In this document: positions 30,745 through 43,932 of the stretch, in pieces
Layout: every line of letters starts with the position of its first letter
How positions within the stretch are numbered: position 1 is the first letter of the stretch
Assembly: GCA_047285305.1 (NCBI GenBank)
Contig: JBJBDL010000003.1
Coordinates: forward strand, 64,001-128,000
Length of the DNA: 64,000 bases
Origin: Synechococcus sp.
GTDB lineage: Bacteria; Cyanobacteriota; Cyanobacteriia; PCC-6307; Cyanobiaceae
Direction of reading: 5' to 3'
The notes under the pieces: model-generated
The model's database searches: none
What the model saw: only the letters and a program-made list of their open reading frames with translations
What the model was told of the DNA's origin: nothing
Program-made: the position numbers and the translations under genes

Positions 30745-33700
30745 CTAGGCCGCCACAGCCTGCTTGTCAGCCAATCCCATCGCCTCCCGCTCACTGGGGG
30801 GGACCAACACCTTGAAGCGACCCTTCGCCGCAGACCAATCGGCCAGGAGAGCAGCAGCTTTCTCACTTCCCGTGAGCGCCACATGCCGTTCCAGCAGACC
30901 CTTCAGCAGCGACTCCTGCTCATGGGTGGTGATGGTGCAGACCTCAACAATCTCCGGGTTCACCCGAGGAGCGACACGCCCCTCCTCATCCAGCAGGAAG
31001 GTCACTCCACCGGTCATACCAGCGCCGACATTGCGGCCTGTGCTGCCAAGAACAACGACGACGCCACCGGTCATGTACTCACAGCAGTGGTCACCAGCTC
31101 CCTCCACAACCGTGCGGGCGCCGCTGTTGCGAACACCGAAGCGCTCACCAGCCCGGCCATGGGCAAACAACTCACCGCCGGTGGCCCCGTAGAGACAGGT
31201 GTTGCCGAGGATCACCTGGTCACCGGGAGAGGCACAACCGTCTGATGGCACCAGGGTGATGCAACCACTGTTCATGCCCTTGCCCACATAGTCGTTGGCT
31301 TCGCCTTCCAGACGAACCTGCATGCCCTGCACCAGGAAGGCCCCGAAGCTCTGGCCTGCTGCCCCCCGGAAGGTGAGATCGAGCTGTCCCTTGAAGCCGC
31401 GGTTGCCATGGCGCTGGGCGATTTCACCGGCCAGACGGGCACAGACACTGCGATCGGTGTTGATGATCTCGATGCTGCGGCTGATGGAACCGTGGTTCTC
31501 CAGGGCAGCCATCAGTTCAGCGTCGGCGAGGAGCTGATCCTCAAGGATCGGTCCATTGCCGTGGGCCTCGTCGCTGTGGCGCAGCCAGGAGCGATCTTCG
31601 GCGCCGCTGATCGGGGCCAGCAGGCTGGAGAGATCCACACCCTTGGTCTTGGCTAGATCAACCGAGCGGGCCTGGAGCAGATCGGTGCGACCGATCAGCT
31701 CCTCAAGGCGGGTGACGCCGAGCAGGCTCATCAGCTGACGCACTTCCTCGGCGACGTACCAGAAGAAATTGACGACGTGCTCAGGAATGCCGGTGAAGCG
31801 CTTGCGCAGGTTCTCCTTCTGCGTGGCCACACCCACAGGGCAATTGTTGGTGTGACAAACGCGAGCCATGACGCAGCCCTCGGCGATCATCGCGATCGAG
31901 CCGAAGCCGTATTCCTCGGCCCCCAGCAAGGCAGCGATCACCACATCCCAGCCTGTTTTCAGGCCTCCGTCGGCACGCAGCAGAACCCGATCGCGCAGAC
32001 CGTTCTCCACCAGGGAACGATGCACCTCGGTGAGGCCCAATTCCCAGGGGCTGCCGGCGTGCTTGATCGAACTCAGGGGGGATGCACCGGTGCCACCGTC
32101 GTGACCGGAGATCTGGATCACATCGGCGTTGGCCTTGGCCACACCCGCAGCGATGGTGCCAATCCCGATCTCGGCCACCAGCTTCACGCTCACGGGAGCA
32201 GCGGGATGCACCTGATGCAGGTCATGGATCAACTGCGCCAGGTCTTCAATCGAATAAATGTCGTGGTGTGGCGGCGGTGAAATCAAGGCCACACCTGGCT
32301 TGCTGTTGCGCAACCAGGCGATGTACTTGTCGACCTTGGGCCCTGGCAGCTGACCGCCTTCACCGGGCTTGGCACCCTGGGCCACCTTGATCTCGAGCTG
32401 CTTACCGCTGCGCAGGTATTCCGCCGTCACACCGAAACGTCCTGAAGCCACCTGCTTGATTGCCGAGCAGGCGGTATCCCCATTGCGCAAACCACCAATG
32501 CTGGGGAATGAGGCGGAACGGCCCTCGCCATCCACGTCCTTGAGGATCTGGAAGCGGGCAGGGTCTTCACCGCCTTCACCGCTGTTGCTCTTGCCGCCGA
32601 TGCGATTCATCGCCACGGCCAACACTTCATGCGCTTCGCGGGACAAAGCGCCCAGGCTCATCCCGCCCGTGCAGAAGCGGGTGCAGATGCTCTCGACGCT
32701 CTCCACCTGATCCAGGGGGACTGGGGTGGGAGCCAACTTGAACTCCAGCAGGTCCCGCAGGGCCATCACCGGTCGGTTCTCCAACAAGGCCTGGTAAGTG
32801 GAGAAATGGTCGTAACCAGGGCCCTGAGCCACCGCCTTGTGCAGCGCCTTCGACAGCTCGGGATTGTTGCGGTGGTACTCAGCACCACTGCGGTACTGAA
32901 CAAAGCCCATGAATTCGAGCTTGCTGCGGTTGAGCTCAGGGAAAGCTTTGGCATGCATCGAGAGCGTTTCGTTCGCCAGCTCGGCCAGCGTCATGCCGGC
33001 AACACGGCTGGTCGTTCCTGTGAAGGCGGTCTCCACCACATCCGCTCCCAGGCCGATCGCTTCAAAGATCTGAGCGCCGTGATAACTGGCCAGCAATGAA
33101 ATTCCGATCTTGGAGAGGATCTTGCGCAGGCCGTTCTCCAGCGACTCACGAACGTTGGCCTGGGCTTGATTGGCATCCAGGGCGGGCAACTTGCCCTGTT
33201 CGATCCGCTTCTTGGTCTTGGGGTGATCCAGCCAGTGGCGGGTGGTCTCCCAGGTGAGCCAGGGGCAGACGGCACTGGCGCCATAACCAATCAGGCAGGC
33301 CATGTGATGGGTGCTCCAGCACTGAGCCGTATCGACCACCAGAGAGCACTGCAGCCGAAGCTTCTGGCGCAGCAGATGGTGATGAACAGCACCCACGGCC
33401 AGCAAGGCCGGCATCGCCACCGTTGTGGGGGTCAGTGGGGCAGCCGCCCCTGTGCCATCGACCCGGTCGGACAGCACCAGAACTTGGGCTCCGTCACGCA
33501 CCGCCTGTTCCGCAACGCTGCACAGCGCCGCGATGGCCTGTTGCAGGCCTCCCGCACACGACTCCAAAGCCACCTGGGTGGACACCGTCTTGACGGGCAA
33601 GCCCTGCTCACTGATGGCCGCCAGTTCCGCCTCGTTCAAAACGGGCGTCTCCAGATGGATGACGGAGGCAGCTTCGGGCTGGGGCTTCAGGGCGGGCCGG

Positions 33701-35346
33701 CGCTCACCCAGGTGCATCTCCAGGCTCATCACCAACTTTTCCCGCAGGGGGTCTATCGGAGGGTTGGTGACCTGAGCGAAGCGCTGCTTGAAGTAGTCGT
33801 AAAGCAGGTGGGGCTTGTCGGAGAGCACCGCCAGTGGGATGTCATCGCCCATGCAGTAGGTCGGCTCCTTGCCGAGGGCAGCCATGTCCTCGATGATCAG
33901 ATCGAAGTCTTCGGCGGTGAACCCCATCGCGGTCTGCAACCGCAGCAGATCGAGTTCACCCACCTGCCGGTCCTGGGTCCAGGGCTGGGGGGCCACGCCG
34001 CGGCGATGCTTCTGCAGCCAATCGGTATAGGGGAAGCGCTGCGCCGCGTCTTCCTTCACCGACCAGTTGTCGAGCAACTCGCCGCGTTCAAGATCGACGG
34101 CCACCATCTGACCAGGGCCAAGACGACCTTTCTGAACAATCGTCTTGCCGCTGAGATCCACCACGCCGGTCTCCGAGCCCATGATCACGAAGCCGTCAGA
34201 GGTGGTGCACCAACGCGCCGGACGCAGCCCGTTGCGATCGAGCGTTGCACCCACTCGCTTGCCGTCGGCAAAGACCAACAGGGCCGGGCCGTCCCAGGGT
34301 TCCTGAATGCCCGCGTTGAATTCGTACATCGCCGTCACATCAGGACGGCTGTCGAGATCGGGCTGATTGCGAAACGCTTCGGGCACCAGTGTGATCAGGC
34401 TGTCGGTGATTGACCGCCCACTGCGCACCATCAATTCCAAGGTGGCATCCAGGTTGGCGGAATCGCTGAAAGCAGGGTTCACCACCGGAATCAGGTCCTC
34501 AGCCGCCTCACCCCAGACGTTCTCGAGGCTGGCTTCTGAAGCCTTGGCCCAGTTGAGGTTGCCCAGCAGTGTGTTGATTTCGCCGTTGTGCCCCAGAAGC
34601 CGCATCGGCTGCGCCAGGGGCCAGCGCGGCAGGGTGTTGGTGCTGAAACGGCGGTGATACACCGCAAAACTCACCTCAAATCGGGGGTCCTGCAGGTCGG
34701 CGAAGAACTGCGCCAGCACCTCGGATCGCACCATCCCCTTGTAAACAACCGTCCGGCTGCTCAGGGAGGCGACATACACGTCCTGGGCGACCTCAACACC
34801 CAGAGCGGTCCGCAGACGGGCACCGATGCGACGCCGCAACCGCAGCAGCTGGCCATCAAACGTTGCGTCGTCGGCATCACCATTCAGCACCCACTGCTCG
34901 ATCACGGGAGCTGTGGCACGAGCCAAGGGCCCGAGAACCGCAGGGTCGACGGGCACCGTTCGCCACCCCAGAGGCTGCACGCCAAGGGCTTTGGCCTCTT
35001 CATCACAAAGGCCCCGCACCTCAGCACGACGGCTGGCATCGGTCGGCATGAACATCATGCCGAGGCCCCGTGCTGCAGCCGCCTCGGGCCAGACGGCTTT
35101 CAAATACGACCAGGGGATCTCACACAACACCCCCGCTCCGTCTCCGGAGTCGCCATCTCCCCCGCAACCGCCGCGGTGCTCCATGCATCCCAGACCACGC
35201 AGGGCCTGCTCCAGCACCCAGTGGCTGGCCTGCCCCTGGAGCTGGGCCAGGAAACCAACGCCACACGCATCCTTCTCACCCGCAACAACCTCGGGTGCAG
35301 GGCTGTCGCAGTAAGGCCAGACAGCGGAACGGATGGCGTCAGACAT
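30745..35346 (-). CDS. glsF: Ferredoxin-dependent glutamate synthase
   Basis: EKDACGVGF amidotransferase start, HRRFSTNT, KVAQGAKPGEGGQL, CVMARVCHTNNCPVG; no small subunit adjacent; ATG at 35346 preferred. Confidence 0.95.
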   Translation of the reverse strand: MSDAIRSAVWPYCDSPAPEVVAGEKDACGVGFLAQLQGQASHWVLEQALRGLGCMEHRGGCGGDGDSGDGAGVLCEIPWSYLKAVWPEAAAARGLGMMFMPTDASRRAEVRGLCDEEAKALGVQPLGWRTVPVDPAVLGPLARATAPVIEQWVLNGDADDATFDGQLLRLRRRIGARLRTALGVEVAQDVYVASLSSRTVVYKGMVRSEVLAQFFADLQDPRFEVSFAVYHRRFSTNTLPRWPLAQPMRLLGHNGEINTLLGNLNWAKASEASLENVWGEAAEDLIPVVNPAFSDSANLDATLELMVRSGRSITDSLITLVPEAFRNQPDLDSRPDVTAMYEFNAGIQEPWDGPALLVFADGKRVGATLDRNGLRPARWCTTSDGFVIMGSETGVVDLSGKTIVQKGRLGPGQMVAVDLERGELLDNWSVKEDAAQRFPYTDWLQKHRRGVAPQPWTQDRQVGELDLLRLQTAMGFTAEDFDLIIEDMAALGKEPTYCMGDDIPLAVLSDKPHLLYDYFKQRFAQVTNPPIDPLREKLVMSLEMHLGERRPALKPQPEAASVIHLETPVLNEAELAAISEQGLPVKTVSTQVALESCAGGLQQAIAALCSVAEQAVRDGAQVLVLSDRVDGTGAAAPLTPTTVAMPALLAVGAVHHHLLRQKLRLQCSLVVDTAQCWSTHHMACLIGYGASAVCPWLTWETTRHWLDHPKTKKRIEQGKLPALDANQAQANVRESLENGLRKILSKIGISLLASYHGAQIFEAIGLGADVVETAFTGTTSRVAGMTLAELANETLSMHAKAFPELNRSKLEFMGFVQYRSGAEYHRNNPELSKALHKAVAQGPGYDHFSTYQALLENRPVMALRDLLEFKLAPTPVPLDQVESVESICTRFCTGGMSLGALSREAHEVLAVAMNRIGGKSNSGEGGEDPARFQILKDVDGEGRSASFPSIGGLRNGDTACSAIKQVASGRFGVTAEYLRSGKQLEIKVAQGAKPGEGGQLPGPKVDKYIAWLRNSKPGVALISPPPHHDIYSIEDLAQLIHDLHQVHPAAPVSVKLVAEIGIGTIAAGVAKANADVIQISGHDGGTGASPLSSIKHAGSPWELGLTEVHRSLVENGLRDRVLLRADGGLKTGWDVVIAALLGAEEYGFGSIAMIAEGCVMARVCHTNNCPVGVATQKENLRKRFTGIPEHVVNFFWYVAEEVRQLMSLLGVTRLEELIGRTDLLQARSVDLAKTKGVDLSSLLAPISGAEDRSWLRHSDEAHGNGPILEDQLLADAELMAALENHGSISRSIEIINTDRSVCARLAGEIAQRHGNRGFKGQLDLTFRGAAGQSFGAFLVQGMQVRLEGEANDYVGKGMNSGCITLVPSDGCASPGDQVILGNTCLYGATGGELFAHGRAGERFGVRNSGARTVVEGAGDHCCEYMTGGVVVVLGSTGRNVGAGMTGGVTFLLDEEGRVAPRVNPEIVEVCTITTHEQESLLKGLLERHVALTGSEKAAALLADWSAAKGRFKVLVPPSEREAMGLADKQAVAA

Positions 35347-35448
35347 AGGGAACTCAACCGGACGATCGCATGGGCCTGCAGCTTCGAGCTCTGCAGAATC
35401 CATCTCGAGGGACGATCCTAGGCAGGCGCCTCTCCGCCAAGGCATTTC

Positions 35449-37134
35449 ATGCTGGCCTTTGCCCCACTTCCCGCGCCACCGCCTGAGCTTCGCCCTGTGC
35501 CGAACCAGAGCGGTGAAGAGGTGCTGATCGGGAGAGAGCGCAGCAAAGCGGTTTGGCTCTGGAGGGGCAGCGACGCAGAACCCGAAGAACTTTGGCTGCC
35601 CTTGGAGGTTCTGGAATCCCGTCTGGGTTTCCGGCGGGTTTCCCGTCTCGATGGAGAAGCACTGGAATGGTTTGGCCGAACGGTCTCATTGACCGTATTG
35701 GCGACCCGTTCACTAGGTGATGAAGTCGGCCTCGAAGTGAGCGACTGGCTGTCCGCAACTGGCGTCAGCGCCCAAGTGAGGGGAAACACTTTGGAGCTTC
35801 GGCTGCCCCTACCAACGGTAAAAAACCTGCGCCGCGGTAAAGGTTCAACCGCCGATCGGTTGGTGCTGGACCTGAACGGCCCCGCCCTGGTGCAGCGCTT
35901 GAACGGCGACCTGTTGCTGGAGCTCAAGCTGTCGCGTACCCAGCAACGTCAACTCAAGGCATGGGGGCTCTCCCCTCAGCGGCATCGCCACGGTGGCCTT
36001 GTGCTGAAGGGACAAGCCACCAAGCTGAGGAGCCTGAGCCTGGCGTCCCCTTGGCGGGTGGTGCTGGATGGTGTGCAGACCGGTGGTCGCCGCCCGGTCC
36101 AGAGCGCACGTCTTCCCCTCCACAACCCAGCTGTGGCCGAATGGCTGAGGCGGGGCTTCGTCTTGGAGCAACGCACTATCAAGGTGGGTGTGAAACCCAT
36201 TCAGGTGTTCCGTGCCGGCGGGCAGCTGAGCCGTCTCGGCATCACCCTTCAGCCCCTGGTCAAAGCCGAGCAGCAACAGGGTCTTCGTTTTCTGCCTCAG
36301 CTCTCCCAACCTGCAGGGGCACTGGTCGCAGTGAACGGAGGCTTTTTCAACCGGATCAACCAACTCCCCTTGGGGGCCGTGCGGCATCAGGGGATCTGGC
36401 TGTCCGGTCCGATCCTGAACCGCGGCGTGATCGCTTGGGGAGCCTCAGGGGATCTGCAGTTCGGCCGGCTGCGTCTGAATCAGACGCTGCAAGTGAACAA
36501 CGGTCGCCGTTGGAGCCTCATGACACTCAACAGCGGCTACGTCCAGAAGGGGCTGAGCCTTTACACACCTGCATGGGGGCCCCGCTACCGAGCCCTGAGC
36601 AACGAGGAGGAAGCACTGTTGATTCGCGGCGGCCGCGTCGAGGCAACGATCGACAAGAGCAGCCTGCAACGCGGCATCGCCATCCCCAAAGACGCTGAAT
36701 TGGTGGTGGCCCGGGGAAGCACGCCGCTGCCTGCAAGGCCTGGTGATCGGATCCAGGTGACATCAAGATCCCTCTCCTCCCTCGCGCAACAACCCAATGT
36801 TCTGGGCGGTGGTCCACTGCTGATGCAGAACGGCAACGTGGTGCTGAACGGACGCCAGGAGGGATTCAGCCCTGGCTTCATGAGCTTGGCGGCACCAAGA
36901 ACGGTGGTGGCTCAGGGGCCGAGCGGTCAGTGGCTGATGACCTTGCGTGGCGCCGCCGGCAGTGATCCCACCCTTGTGGAAACAGCCCTGGCAGCCCAGC
37001 AGATGGGGCTGCGCGATGCCTTGAACATGGATGGCGGCAGCTCCACCACCCTCGTGGTGGCCGGACGCACCGTGATGAATGGCCGAAGCAGCACCCCGAG
37101 AGTCCACAACGGCCTGGGGCTCATCCCGCTCTGA
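35449..37134 (+). CDS. Phosphodiester glycosidase (NAGPA-like) family protein
   Basis: VNGGFF, GGGPLL, PRT, ALNMDGGSST motifs. Confidence 0.85.
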   Translation: MLAFAPLPAPPPELRPVPNQSGEEVLIGRERSKAVWLWRGSDAEPEELWLPLEVLESRLGFRRVSRLDGEALEWFGRTVSLTVLATRSLGDEVGLEVSDWLSATGVSAQVRGNTLELRLPLPTVKNLRRGKGSTADRLVLDLNGPALVQRLNGDLLLELKLSRTQQRQLKAWGLSPQRHRHGGLVLKGQATKLRSLSLASPWRVVLDGVQTGGRRPVQSARLPLHNPAVAEWLRRGFVLEQRTIKVGVKPIQVFRAGGQLSRLGITLQPLVKAEQQQGLRFLPQLSQPAGALVAVNGGFFNRINQLPLGAVRHQGIWLSGPILNRGVIAWGASGDLQFGRLRLNQTLQVNNGRRWSLMTLNSGYVQKGLSLYTPAWGPRYRALSNEEEALLIRGGRVEATIDKSSLQRGIAIPKDAELVVARGSTPLPARPGDRIQVTSRSLSSLAQQPNVLGGGPLLMQNGNVVLNGRQEGFSPGFMSLAAPRTVVAQGPSGQWLMTLRGAAGSDPTLVETALAAQQMGLRDALNMDGGSSTTLVVAGRTVMNGRSSTPRVHNGLGLIPL

Positions 37135-37168
37135 GACCTGCAACAGTGGGGGCCCCGAGGAATTGAGC

Positions 37169-37495
37169 ATGGCTGCCAATCTGCGGCTGACCGCTGCCGC
37201 TGCTGCCGAGCTAGGGCGACAGGCGGCCGTGGCGGGAACACCGGGGCAGATGCATCTCGATCTCGCGCCCGGCGAGTGCGCACAACATGTGTTGCGCATC
37301 CGGGCAGGACATCTGGCCGGCGTTGCGATCGCAAGGGCCGACGGCGTGACCCTGCACGCCCCTGCAGAACAGCTCAAATTGCTTGAAGGCCTTTGCCTGG
37401 ACTACCGCGGGGACCTCAGTGGTGGTGGTTTTCTGATCCGCAACAGCGATGGGGTTGAACCCTGTGCCTGCGGCAGTGCCTTCAGCCGGTTTTAA
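37169..37495 (+). CDS. HesB/IscA-like protein
   Basis: GECA, LDYRGDLSGGGF, CACGSAF; ATG at 37169. Confidence 0.8.
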   Translation: MAANLRLTAAAAAELGRQAAVAGTPGQMHLDLAPGECAQHVLRIRAGHLAGVAIARADGVTLHAPAEQLKLLEGLCLDYRGDLSGGGFLIRNSDGVEPCACGSAFSRF

Positions 37496-37567
37496 GGGGG
37501 GACCGTCACCCGGTATCGTGGTCGATTGTCGAATCAGGTCGGGAGTCCGACCGCTCACCGACCATCG

Positions 37568-37942
37568 ATGCCAACCATCCAACAGCTGATCCGCACTGAG
37601 CGCTCACGCCTCAAGGCCAAGACCAAGTCCCCGGCTTTGAAGTCCTGCCCTGAGCGTCGCGGTGTTTGCACCCGCGTTTACACCTCAACGCCCAAAAAGC
37701 CCAATTCGGCGCTGCGCAAGGTGGCACGTGTGCGCCTGACCTCGGGCTTTGAGGTCACTGCCTACATCGGCGGCGTGGGTCACAACCTGCAGGAGCACTC
37801 GGTGGTGTTGATCCGCGGCGGTCGTGTCAAAGACCTCCCTGGCGTCCGCTACCACATCATCCGCGGAACTCTGGATACCGCTGGCGTGAAAGACCGGCGT
37901 CAGTCCCGCTCCAAGTACGGCGCCAAGGCTCCGAAGGAGTGA
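37568..37942 (+). CDS. rpsL: 30S ribosomal protein S12
   Basis: [32 protein letters not shown]; streptomycin-sensitive Lys residues intact. Confidence 0.99.
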   Translation: MPTIQQLIRTERSRLKAKTKSPALKSCPERRGVCTRVYTSTPKKPNSALRKVARVRLTSGFEVTAYIGGVGHNLQEHSVVLIRGGRVKDLPGVRYHIIRGTLDTAGVKDRRQSRSKYGAKAPKE

Positions 37943-37983
37943 TCACCGGTTTCTTCCCCATCCCCATCAAGTTCTGATCCCTA

Positions 37984-38454
37984 ATGTCACGCCGCAACGC
38001 CGCTGAGAAGCGCCCGATTCTTCCCGACCCGCAGTTCAACAGCCGCCTCGCCACGATGATGGTGGTGCGCCTGATGCAACACGGCAAGAAGTCGACAGCG
38101 CAACGGATCCTGTCCGACGCGTTCGGCCTGATCAACGAGCGCACCGGTGGAGATCCGCTCGAACTATTCGAAACAGCTGTCAAGAACGCCACCCCATTGG
38201 TTGAAGTGCGCGCCCGCCGCGTTGGTGGTGCCACCTACCAGGTGCCCATGGAAGTGCGCCAGGAACGCGGCACCGCCATGGCACTGCGCTGGCTGGTGAG
38301 CTTCTCCCGCGCCCGCAACGGCCGGAGCATGGCCCAGAAGTTGGCTGGCGAACTAATGGATGCCGCCAACGAGGCTGGCAACGCCGTTCGCAAGCGCGAA
38401 GAAACCCACAAGATGGCCGAAGCCAACAAGGCTTTCGCCCACTACCGCTACTGA
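37984..38454 (+). CDS. rpsG: 30S ribosomal protein S7
   Basis: [25 protein letters not shown]. Confidence 0.99.
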   Translation: MSRRNAAEKRPILPDPQFNSRLATMMVVRLMQHGKKSTAQRILSDAFGLINERTGGDPLELFETAVKNATPLVEVRARRVGGATYQVPMEVRQERGTAMALRWLVSFSRARNGRSMAQKLAGELMDAANEAGNAVRKREETHKMAEANKAFAHYRY

Positions 38455-38543
38455 GCCTCGCAGGCCAGTCATCAACACAGATGTTCATGGCTGGCCTGTA
38501 GAGTCACCCCGCCTTTTCACGCCCCACCCCCGGAGAATTTCCT

Positions 38544-40619
<2,076 letters not shown>

Positions 40620-40663
40620 TCTCTAAACTCCTCCAAATCCAACCCTCGATTCTTTAAACACCC

Positions 40664-41863
40664 ATGGCACGCGAGAAGTTCGAAAGGAACAAGCCCCACG
40701 TCAACATCGGCACCATCGGCCACGTTGACCACGGCAAGACCACCCTCACCGCTGCGATCACCAACGTGCTCGCCAAGAAGGGTCAGGCTGAAGTTCAGAA
40801 CTACGCCGACATCGACGGCGCCCCTGAAGAGCGTGAGCGCGGCATCACCATCAACACCGCTCACGTTGAGTACGAGACCGAGACTCGTCACTACGCCCAC
40901 GTGGACTGCCCTGGCCACGCGGACTATGTGAAGAACATGATCACCGGTGCCGCTCAGATGGACGGCGCCATCCTGGTGTGTGCCGCCACCGACGGCCCGA
41001 TGGCCCAGACCAAAGAGCACATCCTGCTGGCCAAGCAGGTGGGCGTTCCCGCTCTGGTGGTTGCACTGAACAAGTGCGACATGGTCGATGACGAAGAGAT
41101 CATCGAACTGGTGGAGATGGAGATCCGCGAACTGCTCTCCAGCTACGACTTCCCCGGCGACGACATCCCCGTGGTTCAGGTCTCCGGCCTGAAGGCCATC
41201 GAAGGCGAGGCTGAGTGGGAAGCCAAGATCGAAGAACTGATGGCGGCTGTTGACGCCAGCATTCCTGAGCCTGAGCGGGAAGTGGACAAGCCCTTCCTGA
41301 TGGCTGTGGAAGACGTCTTCTCCATCACAGGTCGCGGTACCGTGGCCACCGGCCGTATCGAGCGCGGCATCGTCAAGGTCGGCGAGGAAATCGAAATCGT
41401 CGGCATCAAGGACACCCGCAAGACCACCGTCACCGGTGTGGAAATGTTCCGCAAGCTGCTCGATGAGGGCATGGCTGGCGACAACGTTGGTCTGCTGCTG
41501 CGCGGCATCCAGAAGGAAGATATCGAGCGCGGCATGGTGCTCGTGAAGCCCGGTTCCATCACCCCTCACACCAAGTTCGAGGGCCAGGTGTACGTGCTCA
41601 AGAAGGAAGAAGGCGGCCGCCACACTCCCTTCTTTGCTGGCTACCGCCCGCAGTTCTACATCCGTACAACGGACGTGACCGGCCAAATCACTGCCTTCAC
41701 CGCGGAAGACGGTTCCAACGTGGAAATGGTGATGCCTGGTGACAACATCCAGATGACCGGTGAGCTGATCTGCCCCGTCGCCATCGAACAAGGCATGCGC
41801 TTCGCTATCCGCGAGGGCGGCCGCACCATCGGTGCTGGCGTGGTCTCCAAGATCATCGAGTGA
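40664..41863 (+). CDS. tuf: Elongation factor Tu
   Basis: [30 protein letters not shown]. Confidence 0.99.
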   Translation: MAREKFERNKPHVNIGTIGHVDHGKTTLTAAITNVLAKKGQAEVQNYADIDGAPEERERGITINTAHVEYETETRHYAHVDCPGHADYVKNMITGAAQMDGAILVCAATDGPMAQTKEHILLAKQVGVPALVVALNKCDMVDDEEIIELVEMEIRELLSSYDFPGDDIPVVQVSGLKAIEGEAEWEAKIEELMAAVDASIPEPEREVDKPFLMAVEDVFSITGRGTVATGRIERGIVKVGEEIEIVGIKDTRKTTVTGVEMFRKLLDEGMAGDNVGLLLRGIQKEDIERGMVLVKPGSITPHTKFEGQVYVLKKEEGGRHTPFFAGYRPQFYIRTTDVTGQITAFTAEDGSNVEMVMPGDNIQMTGELICPVAIEQGMRFAIREGGRTIGAGVVSKIIE

Positions 41864-41887
41864 TCAGCGCAAGCTGAACAACACGTC

Positions 41888-41972
41888 AGGAGATGGAGGG
41901 GCTCAGCCCCCCATCTCCTACATTTCTCAGAACCTCGACAACTGAAGTCCTGCTTCGACCTCGAAGCTTTTT
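41888..41972 (+). terminator. Two hairpins between tuf and rpsJ; the second is terminator-like
   Basis: AGGAGATGG-A-GGGGC-TCA-GCCCC-CCATCTCCT (41888-41919); GCTTCG-ACCT-CGAAGC-TTTTT (41952-41972). Confidence 0.55.
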
Positions 41973-41984
41973 CGCTCCCTTCCC

Positions 41985-42305
41985 ATGTCAACTGCCATCG
42001 CTCAGCAGAAGATCCGCATCCGCCTGAAGGCGTTTGACCGCCGCATGCTCGATCTTTCTTGCGAGAAAATCATTGAAACGGCCGATAACACCGCTGCAAC
42101 CGCGATCGGTCCGATCCCCCTGCCGACAAAACGCAAGATCTACTGCGTTCTGCGCTCTCCCCACGTGGACAAGGACTCCCGCGAGCACTTCGAGACCCGC
42201 ACCCACCGTCGCATCATCGACATCTACAGCCCGTCGGCCAAAACCATCGACGCGCTGATGAAGCTTGATCTCCCCAGTGGTGTGGACATCGAAGTGAAGC
42301 TCTGA
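41985..42305 (+). CDS. rpsJ: 30S ribosomal protein S10
   Basis: [28 protein letters not shown]. Confidence 0.99.
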   Translation: MSTAIAQQKIRIRLKAFDRRMLDLSCEKIIETADNTAATAIGPIPLPTKRKIYCVLRSPHVDKDSREHFETRTHRRIIDIYSPSAKTIDALMKLDLPSGVDIEVKL

Positions 42306-42361
42306 TCCGTTCGATCAGAGCTTCATTTTCCTAAGATTAGGTTGCCTACAACACGGCGTTC

Positions 42362-42997
42362 GTGGCCGATTTTTCTGTGAGGGAGCTTCCCCTGTTCCCC
42401 CTGCCGGACGTCGTGTTGTTCCCACAGCAGCTCCTACCGCTGCACATTTTTGAATCGCGTTATCGGATGCTTCTCCAGACGGTTCTGGAGACCGACAAGC
42501 GATTCGGCATTGTTCGCATCAACCCTGAGAACGGCGAAATGGCCGAAATCGGTTGCTGCGCTGAGGTGCTTCAGCATCAAACAACGGAGGACGGTCGCAG
42601 CTACATCGTTTCGTTGGGCCAACAGCGGTTCCGGCTGCTGAACATCACGCGGGAAACGCCCTACCGAACAGGAATGGTGAGCTGGCTGGAGGATGAGCCC
42701 GTGGCCGATACCGATCAGCTCAACAACCTGCGGGACAAGGTCAGCGAAGCCTTGAATGACGTCGTTCAGCTGACCAGCAAACTGCAGAACCGAGAGGTGG
42801 AACTGCCTGACGATCTGCCTGACCTACCGCGGGAACTGTCCTTCTGGATCAGCGCCCATCTGGATCAGGCCGCACCGGAGCAACAGAGCCTTCTCGAACT
42901 GACCGACACCCACGAGCGCTTGAGCCATCAATTTGAAATGTTGGATCACACCCGACGCCAATTGGCGGCCCGCACTGTTTTGATGGATCTGAAGTGA
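42362..42997 (+). CDS. Lon protease substrate-binding (LON N) domain protein
   Basis: LPLFPLPDVVLFP...LPLHIFESRY, DGRS, G.QRFR; no AAA+ or protease domain. Confidence 0.88.
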   Translation: MADFSVRELPLFPLPDVVLFPQQLLPLHIFESRYRMLLQTVLETDKRFGIVRINPENGEMAEIGCCAEVLQHQTTEDGRSYIVSLGQQRFRLLNITRETPYRTGMVSWLEDEPVADTDQLNNLRDKVSEALNDVVQLTSKLQNREVELPDDLPDLPRELSFWISAHLDQAAPEQQSLLELTDTHERLSHQFEMLDHTRRQLAARTVLMDLK

Positions 42998-43929
42998 TGT
43001 TGGGATCACTGCTGGTTGTGGCCGGAGCCGTTGGTGCCACCGGAGTTGCACTGTGGCTTCGCCGCGACCGGCGCTACGAATCGTCGGAGAGTGTCGCCTC
43101 CGCCTACGACGCCTGGACAGAAGACCGTTTGTTGGAGCAGCTCTGGGGAGAGCATGTCCATCTCGGTCATTACGGGACCCCACCCAGCTCCTGTGACTTC
43201 CGCGAAGCGAAGGAAGCCTTCGTCCACGAGCTGGTGCGGTGGAGCGGTCTGGACCAACTCCCCGCCGGTAGCCGGGTGCTGGATGTGGGATGCGGCATCG
43301 GTGGCAGCGCCCGAATCCTGGCGCGGGATTACGGATTGAACGTTCTCGGCATCAGCATCAGTACTGCCCAGGTGGAACGAGCCACACAACTCACCCCATC
43401 AGGCCTGAGCTGCCGCTTCCAGGTGATGGACGCCTTAGATCTTCAACTGCCCGATCAGAGCTTTGATGCGGTCTGGAGCGTGGAGGCCGGTCCCCACATG
43501 CCCGACAAACAGCGTTATGCCGATGAATTGCTGCGGGTGATGCGCCAAGGAGGTCTGCTTGCTGTGGCCGACTGGAACCGTCGAGACCCATCTGACGGCG
43601 GCATGACGCGAACCGAACGCTGGGTGATGCGTCAGCTGCTAAACCAATGGGCTCACCCTGAATTCGCCAGCATCAAGGGGTTCCGCAAGAACCTCGACAA
43701 AAGCGTCCACCACCGTGGCGAGATCATCACCGGTGACTGGACCCAAGCCACGCTTCCCTCATGGATTGACTCCATCGTTGAGGGCGTTCGCCGTCCCTGG
43801 GCGGTGCTCAGCCTGGGGGCGAAAGCGGTCCTGCAAGGCCTGAGAGAAACGCCGACGTTGCTGCTGATGCACTGGGCATTCGCCACCGGTCTGATGCAAT
43901 TCGGCGTCTTCCGGATCAGAAAAGACTGA
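42994..43929 (+). CDS. SAM-dependent methyltransferase, MPBQ/MSBQ or gamma-tocopherol methyltransferase-like (plastoquinone pathway candidate)
   Basis: WGEHVHLGHY, VLDVGCGIGGSAR, WSVEAGPHMPDK; N-terminal membrane anchor. Confidence 0.8.
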   Translation: MMLGSLLVVAGAVGATGVALWLRRDRRYESSESVASAYDAWTEDRLLEQLWGEHVHLGHYGTPPSSCDFREAKEAFVHELVRWSGLDQLPAGSRVLDVGCGIGGSARILARDYGLNVLGISISTAQVERATQLTPSGLSCRFQVMDALDLQLPDQSFDAVWSVEAGPHMPDKQRYADELLRVMRQGGLLAVADWNRRDPSDGGMTRTERWVMRQLLNQWAHPEFASIKGFRKNLDKSVHHRGEIITGDWTQATLPSWIDSIVEGVRRPWAVLSLGAKAVLQGLRETPTLLLMHWAFATGLMQFGVFRIRKD

Positions 43930-43932
43930 TCC

